A DNA stretch of 64,000 bases. Origin: Neocallimastix sp. 'constans' (taxonomy: Eukaryota). This document shows, in pieces, positions 40,501 to 52,041 of this stretch. The position numbers and the translations under genes are program-made. The stretch lies in NCBI GenBank assembly GCA_050613775.1, contig JBODTK010000140.1:186001-250000 (forward strand), given 5' to 3'. Position 1 is the stretch's first letter. Each line of letters opens with the position of its first letter. Below the pieces are notes generated by a model, which saw nothing but the letters and a program-made list of their open reading frames with translations, ran no database searches and was not told the origin of the DNA.

Positions 40501-41830
40501 ATATATAATAAAAAATTCTTTATTTTACAAAAACACAGAATGTTAGAAGGTAAAGTGAATTAGTGATTTTAATTAATAATAATTAATTTAAAATTTTAAA
40601 TTTTTAATTATTAATTATTAATACCATATAAAATTAATTATTTATATTATTAAAAAAAGCAATAAATTCAAAAAAAAAAAAAAAAGAAAGAATCATCTTA
40701 AAAAATTTGAATTTTTATAATTTTTATTTAATGAATGATATATAATAAATTTTTAAACAATAATTGACCTATACATTTATATTAAAATATAAAATTTTAA
40801 GTAATAATTTTTAGATATTAGAAATAATATTATTTAGTAATTCTTAAAAATTAAATTTAAAATTATTTTTGTAATTATTAAAAAATTTTTAAAGAATTTG
40901 ATTGACCTTTGAATTATATTATAATTTTATTGAATAAATTATAACATATAGGTATTATTCATTATTTTATAAAAAAGTAATGTATAAAAATAATATATAA
41001 TATTCAAAAAAAAAAATAAAAATATAAAATAAAATAAAATTAATCAAATAATAAAAATTACATAGAAATCATTAATTTAATTAGATATTAATAATTTAAA
41101 ATAAATATTATTTTATATTATTTTTTTATGTTTTTTAAATTAAATTAATAAAATTTCTTATAGCAAAGAAAAGAAAAGAGAAGAAAAAAAAAAAAAAAAA
41201 AAAAAGATAATCAAATATAGATATAACATACTTTCATAAATTAATAAATATTAAATAGTGTCTTTTATTCTTAATATATATTATTTTTATTCTTTTTTAT
41301 AGTATTTATTTAATATATCCTTTTTTGAGTTTATATCTTAAATTTATATTAAAATATTTTAAGTATAACATTTTAGAATACTTTATATAATTTAATAAAC
41401 AAAACACTAAAATTTAAGTTGAAACCTTGTTTTGAATTTTATCCTGATATACTTTTAATATATTTATTTTATATATAAAATTTTTATAAAATTTTCTATT
41501 TTCTTTCTATTTATTAAATTTTAATTTTATTTTTTTATATATTTTTTTTTATTATTTTTAATTAAAAATGATTAATATAAATTAAACCCCTCTAAAAAAA
41601 AAATTTAAAAAATAATACAAAATAATTCTTTAATTAAATTATATTCAAATAATTTTTTTAAATTCATTCTAATATATTTATAATATATTGACAATAAAAA
41701 ATACATTTATAACTTCATTTATAAATTAATAGTTCATTTATTTATTGATTCTAGGTTTTGATTTAAAAAAATCATGTGTAATACTTTGATTCATTTTTTA
41801 TCCATCAATATGGTTTATACTTCTATCTAA

Positions 41831-42251
41831 TTTTTTTTTTTTTATAGACTGAAGACTTTGGTCTTCCCCATATAGTAATATGGGTGTATAATTAACTGCC
41901 ATACCGGTACGGCGTCGACGCTCTCAACTCCCCATAAGCAAAGAAACTCCATATAGAAGCACCCTACGCGATCCTCGAGGGAAAGCAGAGCCAACTATAG
42001 GTGGCGTCCTTGCCATCCCAGAGGAGCTGGACACTGTAAATCCTCTCAGACAAGGCTTACGCAATGGGATTCTTATAGTGTTAGAAATATAGAAAACTTT
42101 GAAAGTATACCTGAGTATCGTTTATCCCCTAACCTTTCACGCAAAACCCAAAGGGAAAAATCGTGAAGATATGATACTTGTGGGGGTCGATCCAGAGACC
42201 TTTGGTATGATAAGCCAACGACTTAACAACCCAGGATAAGAACTGGATGAC
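41831..42251 (-). mobile_element. tRNA-derived SINE (~420 bp) with poly(A) tail and 15-bp target-site duplication
   Basis: TATACTTCTATCTAA occurs at 41816-41830 and 42252-42266; T13 at 41831-41843 is the A-tail on the minus strand. The 5' head has a tRNA-like anticodon arm, an AGGTC variable loop and a B-box-like GGATCGACCCC. Non-coding and much more GC-rich than the flanks. The 3' region shares a 28-nt motif with LINEs in the window. Confidence 0.85.
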
Positions 42252-43478
42252 TATACTTCTATCTAAATTACACAATAATTTTCAATTTTTATTATTATCA
42301 TTGTATAAAAATTAATCTATTACACAACAAATACTATTAATTATTATTATTATTATTATTATTATTTTTTTTTTATTATATTAAAATATTGTATATTTGT
42401 CAATGTATATTGCTATATCATTAATTTGATTAATTATACTATAAATATAAATATATATTTTTAAATAAGAGAAAGTTTGTTTAATAAAAGATAAAATTTT
42501 AATAATAATATTATTATTATTTTTACTTAAGTGAATGGAACTACTATTGCTTTATTTATTAATTATTAAAACTATTAATATACTAATTAAATGGTATATT
42601 AAAAATATTTTATAAATATCATAAAACAAATATATAAAAATAATTATATAAAAATAATTAAGATACAATAAAGTTTTTAAAAATAAAATTTTAAAACAAA
42701 TAAAATTAATGTTAATATTAATAAAAATATAATAAAATTTTTGAAATAATCATGGCAATGATGCGAAGTGAAATTATTTCATCCAAAAAATATTAAATAA
42801 AATAAAACGAAGTAGTAATATCGGTAAATTAGATAGTATGGTGTTTAAAAAGAATTAAATAAAAAAAAATTAAAAAATAAAACAATAAATACATGAACCT
42901 GCTTTCAAAATTTTAATCTTCCTTTGAAACTAATTCTGACATAGGGAAAGTTAAAAGGAAATCATTCAAAATACAAAGATTGATAAAATATAAAACACAG
43001 ATCAAAGATCTTAATAATAATAATAATTTTTTGTTCTATTTCTACTCTATGTAAAAGAAATAAAACTTATAAGAAGTTCTTCCAAAAAGGATCAGTTTTA
43101 ACTAAAAAGTATCTATTCCTTTCAATAGTTCGAACTTTAATAGCAACTATAGTTTATTATCTACTTCAAAGGGAAGATATTCCATATTTAATGATAAAAA
43201 TGATAATAGCAAGTTTACTGTTTTCCGTTCCTTTTTTTTTAAAATTGAAAATTCTATACGAATTTTTTATTCTGACGAGATAGATATGATAATATTACAA
43301 GTAATGAATATAACTTAAATGATGCTTCTGTTAAAAATATTAATGAAGAAAATATTATATTATTTTTTTCATCAATAAGTATTTTATATATGTATCAGGT
43401 AAAGTATAAATAATATTCTTTTTTCCATTTTGTTCTGTTTTATTTTTTAAATTTATATATTTACCTTTTATTTCTTTT

Positions 43479-43517
<39 letters not shown>

Positions 43518-44430
43518 ATTTGTCTTCTTTAGTTTTTATATATATATATATTTATTATTTATTTATATCACCATCTTATATGATATTTTTCTTAATTATT
43601 ATTGCTAATTGTTAATATTTATTGTTATGTTTTATATATATATTATAATTATAAACTTTATAATATGTATATAATTATAATATATATTGATACATTTTTA
43701 CTATTTTCTGTTGATTATCTTATCTGTTTAATTTTCAATTTATTTAATTTATTTAATTTTTATTCTTATTTCATAATGACAACATATAATTCAAATTACA
43801 AACTTATTACTCAAAATCCAAAAGTGTTTTAATTATCTTGATATAATAGTTTAGTTAACAATTTTTATCAACTACATCAAAAAAAAAAAAAAAAAATTTT
43901 TTATACTCAAATAACAATCATAATTTTAAACATTCAAAATTAAACTTATCTGAATATTATTAAGTCATTAGTGACTCACAATATTTTAACAATATTGTAA
44001 AAAAAATTATTTCATAATATTCATTCATGATTTGTCATAGAATAGTTAATAAAACAATTTAATAATGTAATAAGTTTACTTTCTATCAGTTAGTTAAAAC
44101 TAAAGAAGGTCAATTTAAATTTACTAAATCATGACTTATATTGCTATTAAAATTACTGTTCTTAACCAATAATAATTAGGTTATTAAAAATATTGAAAAA
44201 CTTTTTATTACAACTAAAATTTATTGGTATGTGATTTTAACCTTTCATATATCATAAATTAAGTAAATATCAATAGAAAAAAAAAAAAAAAGATATAAAA
44301 AAGATATAAAAATAATTTTAAATATTTAAATTCATTTTTCAAACTCTATGCCTCAAGTTTTTTCTCATTATTCTTTAACGTTAGTTTTCTTTAAATTTTG
44401 TGGTGGTTGGAATGGCAATAATTGGAAAAA

Positions 44431-44465
<35 letters not shown>

Positions 44466-44467
44466 GT

Positions 44468-44498
<31 letters not shown>

Positions 44499-44702
44499 GA
44501 CACCTTATAGTTTAATTCAATCTTTAAATTAGTTTACATTTGTTTTCAATAAACTCTCAACAGTAAGTTTTTAGAAAATAAACATTAATTAATTTATTTT
44601 CTAATCTTCCTTAATACTAATAATATAGCTTCAGATATGATTGGATTTTATATTTGCATATACTCTTCCTATTCTAAATATAAAAAAAAAAAAAATTAAT
44701 GA

Positions 44703-44800
44703 TGTTATAAAGTCGTATTAGTCAGATATTGCTACAAAACAAAATATTAAAGGAATTAATTATGAAATATTTTCATCATTTACTCTAAAAATTTATTCTA
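44703..44800 (+). mobile_element. Degenerate Ty1/copia reverse transcriptase fragment
   Basis: Decayed YKVVLV...QNIKGINYEIFSSFTLK resembles the copia RT motif YKARLVAKG..Q..GIDY.ETFSP..K. Confidence 0.45.
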
Positions 44801-44819
44801 TCTTACATTGTAAAGACCT

Positions 44820-44975
44820 TAAATTCAATTAAGGATTTAATTGGATTATACTTTAAAGATATAGATATAAGAATCGCTATTATTATCAGAAGTTGTAAAA
44901 CTACAGAAAATTGTCCTAAATCATATCCATGTTGTAGTAAAAATGATAAATCATTTGTTCATTTGATATTTAAAA
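44820..44975 (+). mobile_element. Degenerate LINE ORF2 zinc-knuckle fragment
   Basis: GFNWIIL...TENCPKSYPCCSKNDKSFVHLIFK parallels GF*WIIRL...SEDCPKTCHCCGEDNQSFEH*IFKC of the LINE at 47.6-47.7 kb. Confidence 0.7.
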
Positions 44976-45410
44976 AAAATCTTCACAACGAAGAGAGTCA
45001 ACATAAAATGATTTAACAAAGAAAAACTTTTATTACTAGACCTTCGAATTCATCTAACTCAAATAGTAATAATTGTTCATAATACAATGAATCAATAAAA
45101 TTAAATCACATTATAATATTTCTCTTGATTGATGTAAGTGAGAGTCTAAAGAATACTTTATAATAGTAGCAATACAATTATCAATAGTCAAAAATCTTGT
45201 TTCTTTCTCCATCACTATTAATTTCATTTTTAAACATTGCCTAAATTTAATTTCAAATATTCAAATATTAATTTATCAAAATTACTATGAATTGTTTCAT
45301 GTTCTTCATTAACTATGAAGTCGCCGATCATTGTGAGTAGTAATATTAATTCTATTATTTGTATTTTGTAGCTTAAAGATGAATGCGCTAAGTTCAGTAT
45401 TAAATTGTTC

Positions 45411-46246
45411 GACTTTTGAGTCAATCTAGTTACTTTTATTTATTTTTATTTTATGTTTTAATTTCTTAATTTCTTTTTGGTATTGAATCTTACTATTAAC
45501 AAATTTCTTTTTAACTTCATCCTGGAATAGATTCATTTCACATAAATAACTTTTTCCATCATAGTACTATGTTAGGTAAATATTAGCTGAATTAATTTTT
45601 TTTTCCCAACTATTTTTGAATTTTCATTTAATATTTATATAATTCCATTGCATTATGAAAATCTAAATATTATTAAATTCACTATATAAATATAATATAT
45701 CACATTTATTATTATAATCTGTAATATCAATTTAGTTTTTTTCAATTATTCCAAATTGAAACATAAATATTACCAAAAGTTTGGTTAATCGTTTGTTTAT
45801 AACTGCCCTTGGATACATCAACTTAACCTATAAAATCTTCAATACCATTGAAGAAAGGAGAATATCTCTTAAAATTAACTATAATTCTATAAATTAAGGA
45901 TTTTTTCATTATATTATGAAGGTAGAGACAAACATTATTCAAAATGGATAAATTACAATTTTCAAAAGAATTTATACACAATACATAAATAAAGAAAAAG
46001 TAATATCTATGGAAATATTAAAGTTAAAATAATTTAGTATATTGGTAAAATAAAAATAGTTTCAATAAATAATAATAAATAACTTAAAAAAAAAAATAGT
46101 AAATGAAACTTTTAAATAAATTTGTAAAATAAAATATATGATATTAAATATTAAAATATAGAAAAAAAAAAAAAAAAAAAAGTTCAAAAAATTAAGGATT
46201 ATTATTTATAATATATCTCATAAAAATATTAATATATAAAAATAAA

Positions 46247-46281
<35 letters not shown>

Positions 46282-46495
46282 TTCATATCTAATATAGCAA
46301 CTAAGAATAAATATATACTAAATTATTTATACATCTATAAAACTATCTATAATTACTATGGGCTTTATTCATAATTGAAAATATTCATAATTATAAATTC
46401 ATTTATTATTTCAATAATTAAAAAGTAAAATAAATATAAAAATATATTAAAATATAATAAATAAAGGTATATTTAATAATTGTTAATTCTCAATT
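45411..46495. repeat. Dispersed repeat copy 1 (internally deleted relative to copy 2 at 59805-61785)
   Basis: 45411-45880 aligns by eye with 59805-60340, and 45905-46495 with 61220-61785; same orientation. Confidence 0.88.
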
Positions 46496-46527
46496 AAAAT
46501 TTTTTTTATTATTTAGAATGATTATAT

Positions 46528-46574
<47 letters not shown>

Positions 46575-46848
46575 AAATCGGTAATAATATATAAAAAAAT
46601 ATATATTTTTTAAAAAATATTTAAACAATTACTATTTATTGTATTTACAATTACTATATATTGTATTTAAAAGAATAAAATAAAATAAAAAAACAAAAAA
46701 ACTAAATCGATAATAATATATATAAAAAAAATATATATTTTAAAGACATTTAAACATTAACTATTTTATTTGAAAGAATAAAAAAAATTTTTTTATATTA
46801 ATAATTTTTAAACTGTTAAAAGTTCTATATTAATAAATAATTATAATA

Positions 46849-46852
<4 letters not shown>

Positions 46853-46879
<27 letters not shown>

Positions 46880-48510
46880 AGATAGGGAAGAGAATACACT
46901 TCCATAAATTTATTAATTTTATTATATAAAAAAATACATGTAGGTGAAAAGTACATTTGAAATTAAAAATAAAAATAAAAGTTAAAAAAATACAAAATAA
47001 AAAAGCTCAAAAATACTTTGTATTTCGGCAAGTTGTACTATGCAGGAATTTTCCCTTCCTAACAAATAAAAAAATAATAAAACCTAGAAGAAACATCTTT
47101 AAAATAAATAGTGTGGTGTCCACTAAACTCTCCTCGGATTCATCATTTAATGAACAAATAAAGCGAGATTCACCCTTCGTAGAAACAGATGGTGATCCTG
47201 TATTATTATTATGCCTTATCAGTACGACGTCGACGCTCTTAGTTAAGTTTGGTATTTTGGAATACCTATCAAATAATAGCTCAAACGAACTACTTATGAT
47301 AGGTATTGGGCTAGTTAAGAATTCCGCCAAGCCCACAATTTTTGGAACAGGAGACTTAGATGAACCTTTGAAAAGTAGTTCATTTAATTGTCTCAGTTCC
47401 CCACTATCGAAATGTAATCATTTATAGCTAAAATTCCACCAAGAAAGAACAAGTATATATATAATCATCAGAATTAGAAATAGAGTCATAGGAAGAAAAA
47501 TGAATAAACATTCTAATCTTCTTAGTGAACAAAGCATAGAGCTCATCTATGAAATTTAAAGAATTCCATCTAAAAGATGCAAGAGCATTGCATTTAAAAA
47601 TCTAATGTTCAAAAGATTGATTATCTTCGCCACAACAGTGGCAAGTCTTGGGACAATCTTCTGAAACTTACCCATTCTAATAGCAATGATAGTATTATAT
47701 TTATAACCACAGTGTAAACGTATAATCCACTAAAACCCTAAGTTGAATTGGGGATATTTTAAGCTAAGCTTTATTATTTGAGAACTTGTTACTATCGTAG
47801 TTTTAACCTTTAATACCTTGAAATTTGGAAATTGATTTCCAATAACGTTCTAAAATATCGTCATATTTTACACATTTATAATATTTTTTTATTTTTTTTG
47901 TACAAAGTTCTAGATTCTTTAGTCCAGGAAATAATAAGGCATTTTGGGAATAGATTTAATAAAATCCTTTATAATACAGTTTGATTTACACCATTTTGCA
48001 AACGATTTAATCTGTAAGGCTGCGCAGATACCAGCAATAGGAGGGATGCTTAGATCTCAAGATAAAGCATAAGTACTCATAGTAGAATTATGTCTTATAT
48101 AGTCGTTGTTTTCTGAATTTGTTTTACCATTTTTAGAGAAGGAGCCGATACACCAAAATAGATCAGTATTAATTAATGTTTAGGTTCTAACCGTTCTAGA
48201 TTTGTTTGAACCAAGTAGAGGAGAATAATAAATATCTTTACTAATAACAAAGGATTGAAGAACTTTTTTCTTGTATTTAATAGGAAAAAGTTTATTAGAA
48301 AAGAAACGTGTAAATGAAAGAAGGGATTTTCTAACTAAATTTAAAATGCATGTGAGATAAAATGTGTTTTAATAAGAGATCATCTGAAAAAGGAATATCT
48401 AGATAAATATTACTAGAAACTTTTGGATAGAAGATTGGGTCACTATAATTTGGAGGAGATTGGAAGTTCATTGGTTTTGTAACCATAGTTGTACATTTTT
48501 CAATACGATG
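46853..48510 (-). mobile_element. 5'-truncated, decayed non-LTR retrotransposon (LINE): end of RT, CCHC zinc knuckle, 3' end with poly(A)
   Basis: Minus strand: IEKCTTMVTKP and IYLDIPFSDDL (late RT motifs), then WIIRLHCGYK..SEDCPKTCHCCGEDNQSFEH*IFKC (CCHC knuckle). Several stops and frameshifts; T-run at 46853-46877. Confidence 0.88.
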
Positions 48511-48919
48511 ATAATATTTATTTTTTTTTTTTCAAAGTAATAATAATAAATAATAATAAATAGTATTTGTACTCTTATTAATGAAATTGTAGATTAATTT
48601 CTCTTATTTTAAATCGAAATTTAATAAAAAAAATTATTTTATTTTATTTTTTTTTTTTTAATATTTTATTTTTTTTAAATTTTGTTTATAATATATATAT
48701 ATATATATATATATTTTTTTTGTTTGTTTGTTTATTTTTGTTTTGTTATTTTTTATTTATTTTATTTTCTTATTAATGACATTATACATAATAAATAATA
48801 ATATAAGAAAATATTTTTTTTAAAAGTAAAAAAAATTTTTTTTTTTTTTATAATAATATGGTAAAAATAAAATAAAAAATAATTTATAAATAATGAAATT
48901 AATTTAAAAATTTTTTTTT

Positions 48920-48962
<43 letters not shown>

Positions 48963-49114
48963 ATTTATAATATTTACTATTTATATTATTATATTTTCTA
49001 TTTATATTATTTTTTTTTATAATATTAAAATTTTTTCTTTTTATAAATTCTATTATTGTTATTATAAGACTATATATATATATATATTTTAAAAAATAAA
49101 ATTAAATATTATTT

Positions 49115-52041
49115 TTAATAATTATATTGAACATATGCTTCAGGAGCAACATTGTTTCTGTAAGCAAATGAATTGTTATTACTATTATAACTACCACTAT
49201 TATTATAATTGTTACCGTTAAAATTATTAAAATTATTGCTATTATTATTATTATAATAACCATTATTGAGAGATTCTGATGATCCATTCATATTATTATA
49301 ATAATTATTTCTTTGAGCCATATTGTTATAATAGTCATTTTCAACGTTTTGCATATTGATATATCCATTCTTTTCAGATTTTGTAGAGTAGGAATTATTT
49401 TGATTATTGCTTGGTCTTTGAGAGGATGGTTGAGAACTTGGAGTTTGAGATGAACCTGTCATATGTAATTTCCAAAATTTTGGTATGAACATAAACGTTA
49501 AGAGAATAACAGATGATAAAATAATCATTAATGATTGTATAATAAATATAACTGAATGACCAAGAGAATCAACTGCAGATATAATAAGTTGAATAATCAT
49601 ACAAATCATAATACCATAAATAGATAAACCAATAACTTTAGATTCATTGTAATCTGAATAGACATCTTTAACCTTAATAGCTAAATAACAACCATATAAA
49701 AGAATAATGGCATTAATAACAAGTAAAGCATATTGGAAATAAGTACCATATTTTCCAACATTACTACATGTATAATAATGCATCTTTGTGCCTATATATC
49801 TAATTACTGGCTTCATTCTATCAAGAAAAGTCCATGCACCAACAATGATAAGTTCCAATAAAAGGATGCTTCCACTGTAAAGTAATAAATATTTATCTTG
49901 AACTTTTATATCAGATTTATCAAAAATAACTTTAATTCTGAATGTCTTAACAAATAATGCTAAGAATGATAGACCGAAAGCAAGCACAATAACGACTGGT
50001 CTAACAGTACATATTATTTCGTTTGGTTTACCAATATAGGTAATTACAGAACCAAACGCAATCAGAATACCAATAAGCATAAAGTATAAGAAAAGAGGTG
50101 ATGATCTACGTATAACTAAAGCATTTCTATTTTTAACAGTAATGAAAAAGACTACAAGTGTAATAATAATACCAACAACAGATATACCACCTATAATAAT
50201 TGCTGGTATGTCTGTCCATTTAACATACTTATTTTCAAAATAATTACTTAAACCATCCTTTGCTTTATCGGCTTCATTTTTCTTAGTTTTATATATTTCT
50301 TTAATATAATGTTCATAACTGTCAGAAAATATATCTGAAAAATGTTTATTTGTTACTCCATCGTCTCTACTGAACTTAGCAATATGTGAAACATAAAGAT
50401 TATTGATAATTGAGGTATATAAATTACAATCAACTCTAGTACAATATTCAGTTTGTACAGCATTATTATATACATCAAGATATGGTGGAATTTCTTTATA
50501 ATTAATATTATTTACAAGAGATTCTATAAACTTTTTTGATGTTAAATCTTTTATTACTTGAACTAAAAGATCAGTTGATTTAGTATTACTTCTTTTAAGT
50601 ATTGCTAAATATACAGCTCTTGCTAGTGCTTTACTGTCCCCTTTTAAAGTACCTGACTTAAGTACTCTTGTTTTTGAGTAATTTATACCACAATCCTTAA
50701 GAGTACTATCATAAGAAACCCAATTTTTCATATAAATAATATCGCCTCTACAGAAACCATCTTTTAATAGATCTGCATCACTATTCCATTCCTTTTCTTT
50801 ATTTCAAAATTATTTATATTATTAATTATTATATATATAATTATATAATTTTATTATTTTTAATATATATAAATTTATTAATTTAAAAAAATAAATTGTA
50901 AATTATTAATAATTAATTATCAATTCTTTTAATAAAAAAAAAAATTTTTTTTTTCTTATTACTAATTATTATTGCTTTTTTTATTATTATTTTTTTTTAA
51001 CTATTAAATTATTTAGCTTACTAACCATTAAATATTTCATTCTCAAAAAGTTTAACAAAATTTTTTATTGCTTCTCCAGCTTCATCACCATATAATGTAA
51101 AATTTTCATTATTACTAAAATTAGCAACAGCTTCTACAAAATTGTAATAGTATCCTCTATGATCTATTTATAAGTATTATATTTATTTAATTATTAGTTT
51201 TTATAACTTCTAGAATATGAATTTTATTTTTAGTTTCTCTATTAATAAAAAAAAATACCATTAAAATGACAAGCATATTTTGCTGTTCTACCAAAAGTTG
51301 AATCGATTTGCAAAGTGCTTGATATATTAATTAAATCTTCATAAGTTGTTGGTACATTGTTAGCTTTTGCTTGATTAGTATATATTATTCCAAAATCTAA
51401 GAAAAATGGCTATATAAATTTTATTAAATATAAATTTTATTTTTATTAATATTATTTTTATTTTAAAAATTTAAAACTATATATAATTTAATATTTAAAA
51501 AAAAAAAAAAAAAAAAAAAAACCCACCAAACCATATATTTCTTTATTTTTATTTTCATCATAAACTGTAATATCTTCCATTAATCCGGAATATATTTCTC
51601 CATCTTCCTTTACTCTTTCCAATATATCATTATCATAAGAAAAAGGAATCATATTACCACCATTACTTAAAGCCCAGAAAGGGTCAATCATGGCAATATC
51701 ACAAGTAGTTGAAGTAACTCTTTCAATAGCATTAAAATCAGAATCTGGTACTATAAATTCAAGTTGTACACCAGGATTTGAATTTACATTATTAAAATTA
51801 GCTTTAATAGTTTCATTCAAGTAACTATATCTTTTCCAAATACATACTTTTACTACTTCAGCCTGTATTTTTAAAACTTTTTTTTATAATAATTTAAAAT
51901 TAATAATTAGAACATAAATATATGTTTATTAATAAATTTCATATTATGAAAAATTAAAAATTATATTTATATAAATTAATAGCTATTTATCTTACATAAT
52001 AAAAATGTAATTGAAAATAATGGTATTATATTCATTTTCAT
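49115..52041 (-). CDS. Class C (7tm_3) GPCR with an N-terminal ABC-type family-1 solute-binding domain, about 788 aa
   Basis: Five exons: 52041-51996, 51876-51527, 51409-51259, 51163-51026, 50796-49115. Signal-peptide-like start MKMNIIPLFSITFLLFLKIQA; SBP motifs DIAMID, IYGLPFFLDFGIIYTN, PTTYEDL; class C 7TM motifs VIRRSSPLF, VKTFRIKVIF, YNESKVIGLSIY, MFIPKFW; Asn-rich tail. Confidence 0.9.

Noticed and set aside
42165..42251. Functional tRNA gene
   Set aside because: Acceptor stem, D-arm and T-arm pair poorly, and the sequence is the head of a TSD-flanked, A-tailed element.
42750..43350. Slightly GC-richer coding-like relic
   Set aside because: Stops in all frames examined and no recognisable motif; cannot be assigned.
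46571..46770. ~130-bp tandem duplication (also a 19-bp duplication at ~58225-58260)
   Set aside because: Ordinary local slippage duplications in AT-rich DNA.
47150..47240. Hammerhead ribozyme suggested by CTGATAAG on the minus strand
   Set aside because: No properly placed GAAA core or flanking stems, and the word is not kept in the other copies of the motif.
46957..47427. Plus-strand ORFs over the LINE ends (also 62632-63042)
   Set aside because: Antisense shadows of LINE ORF2; no independent protein signal.
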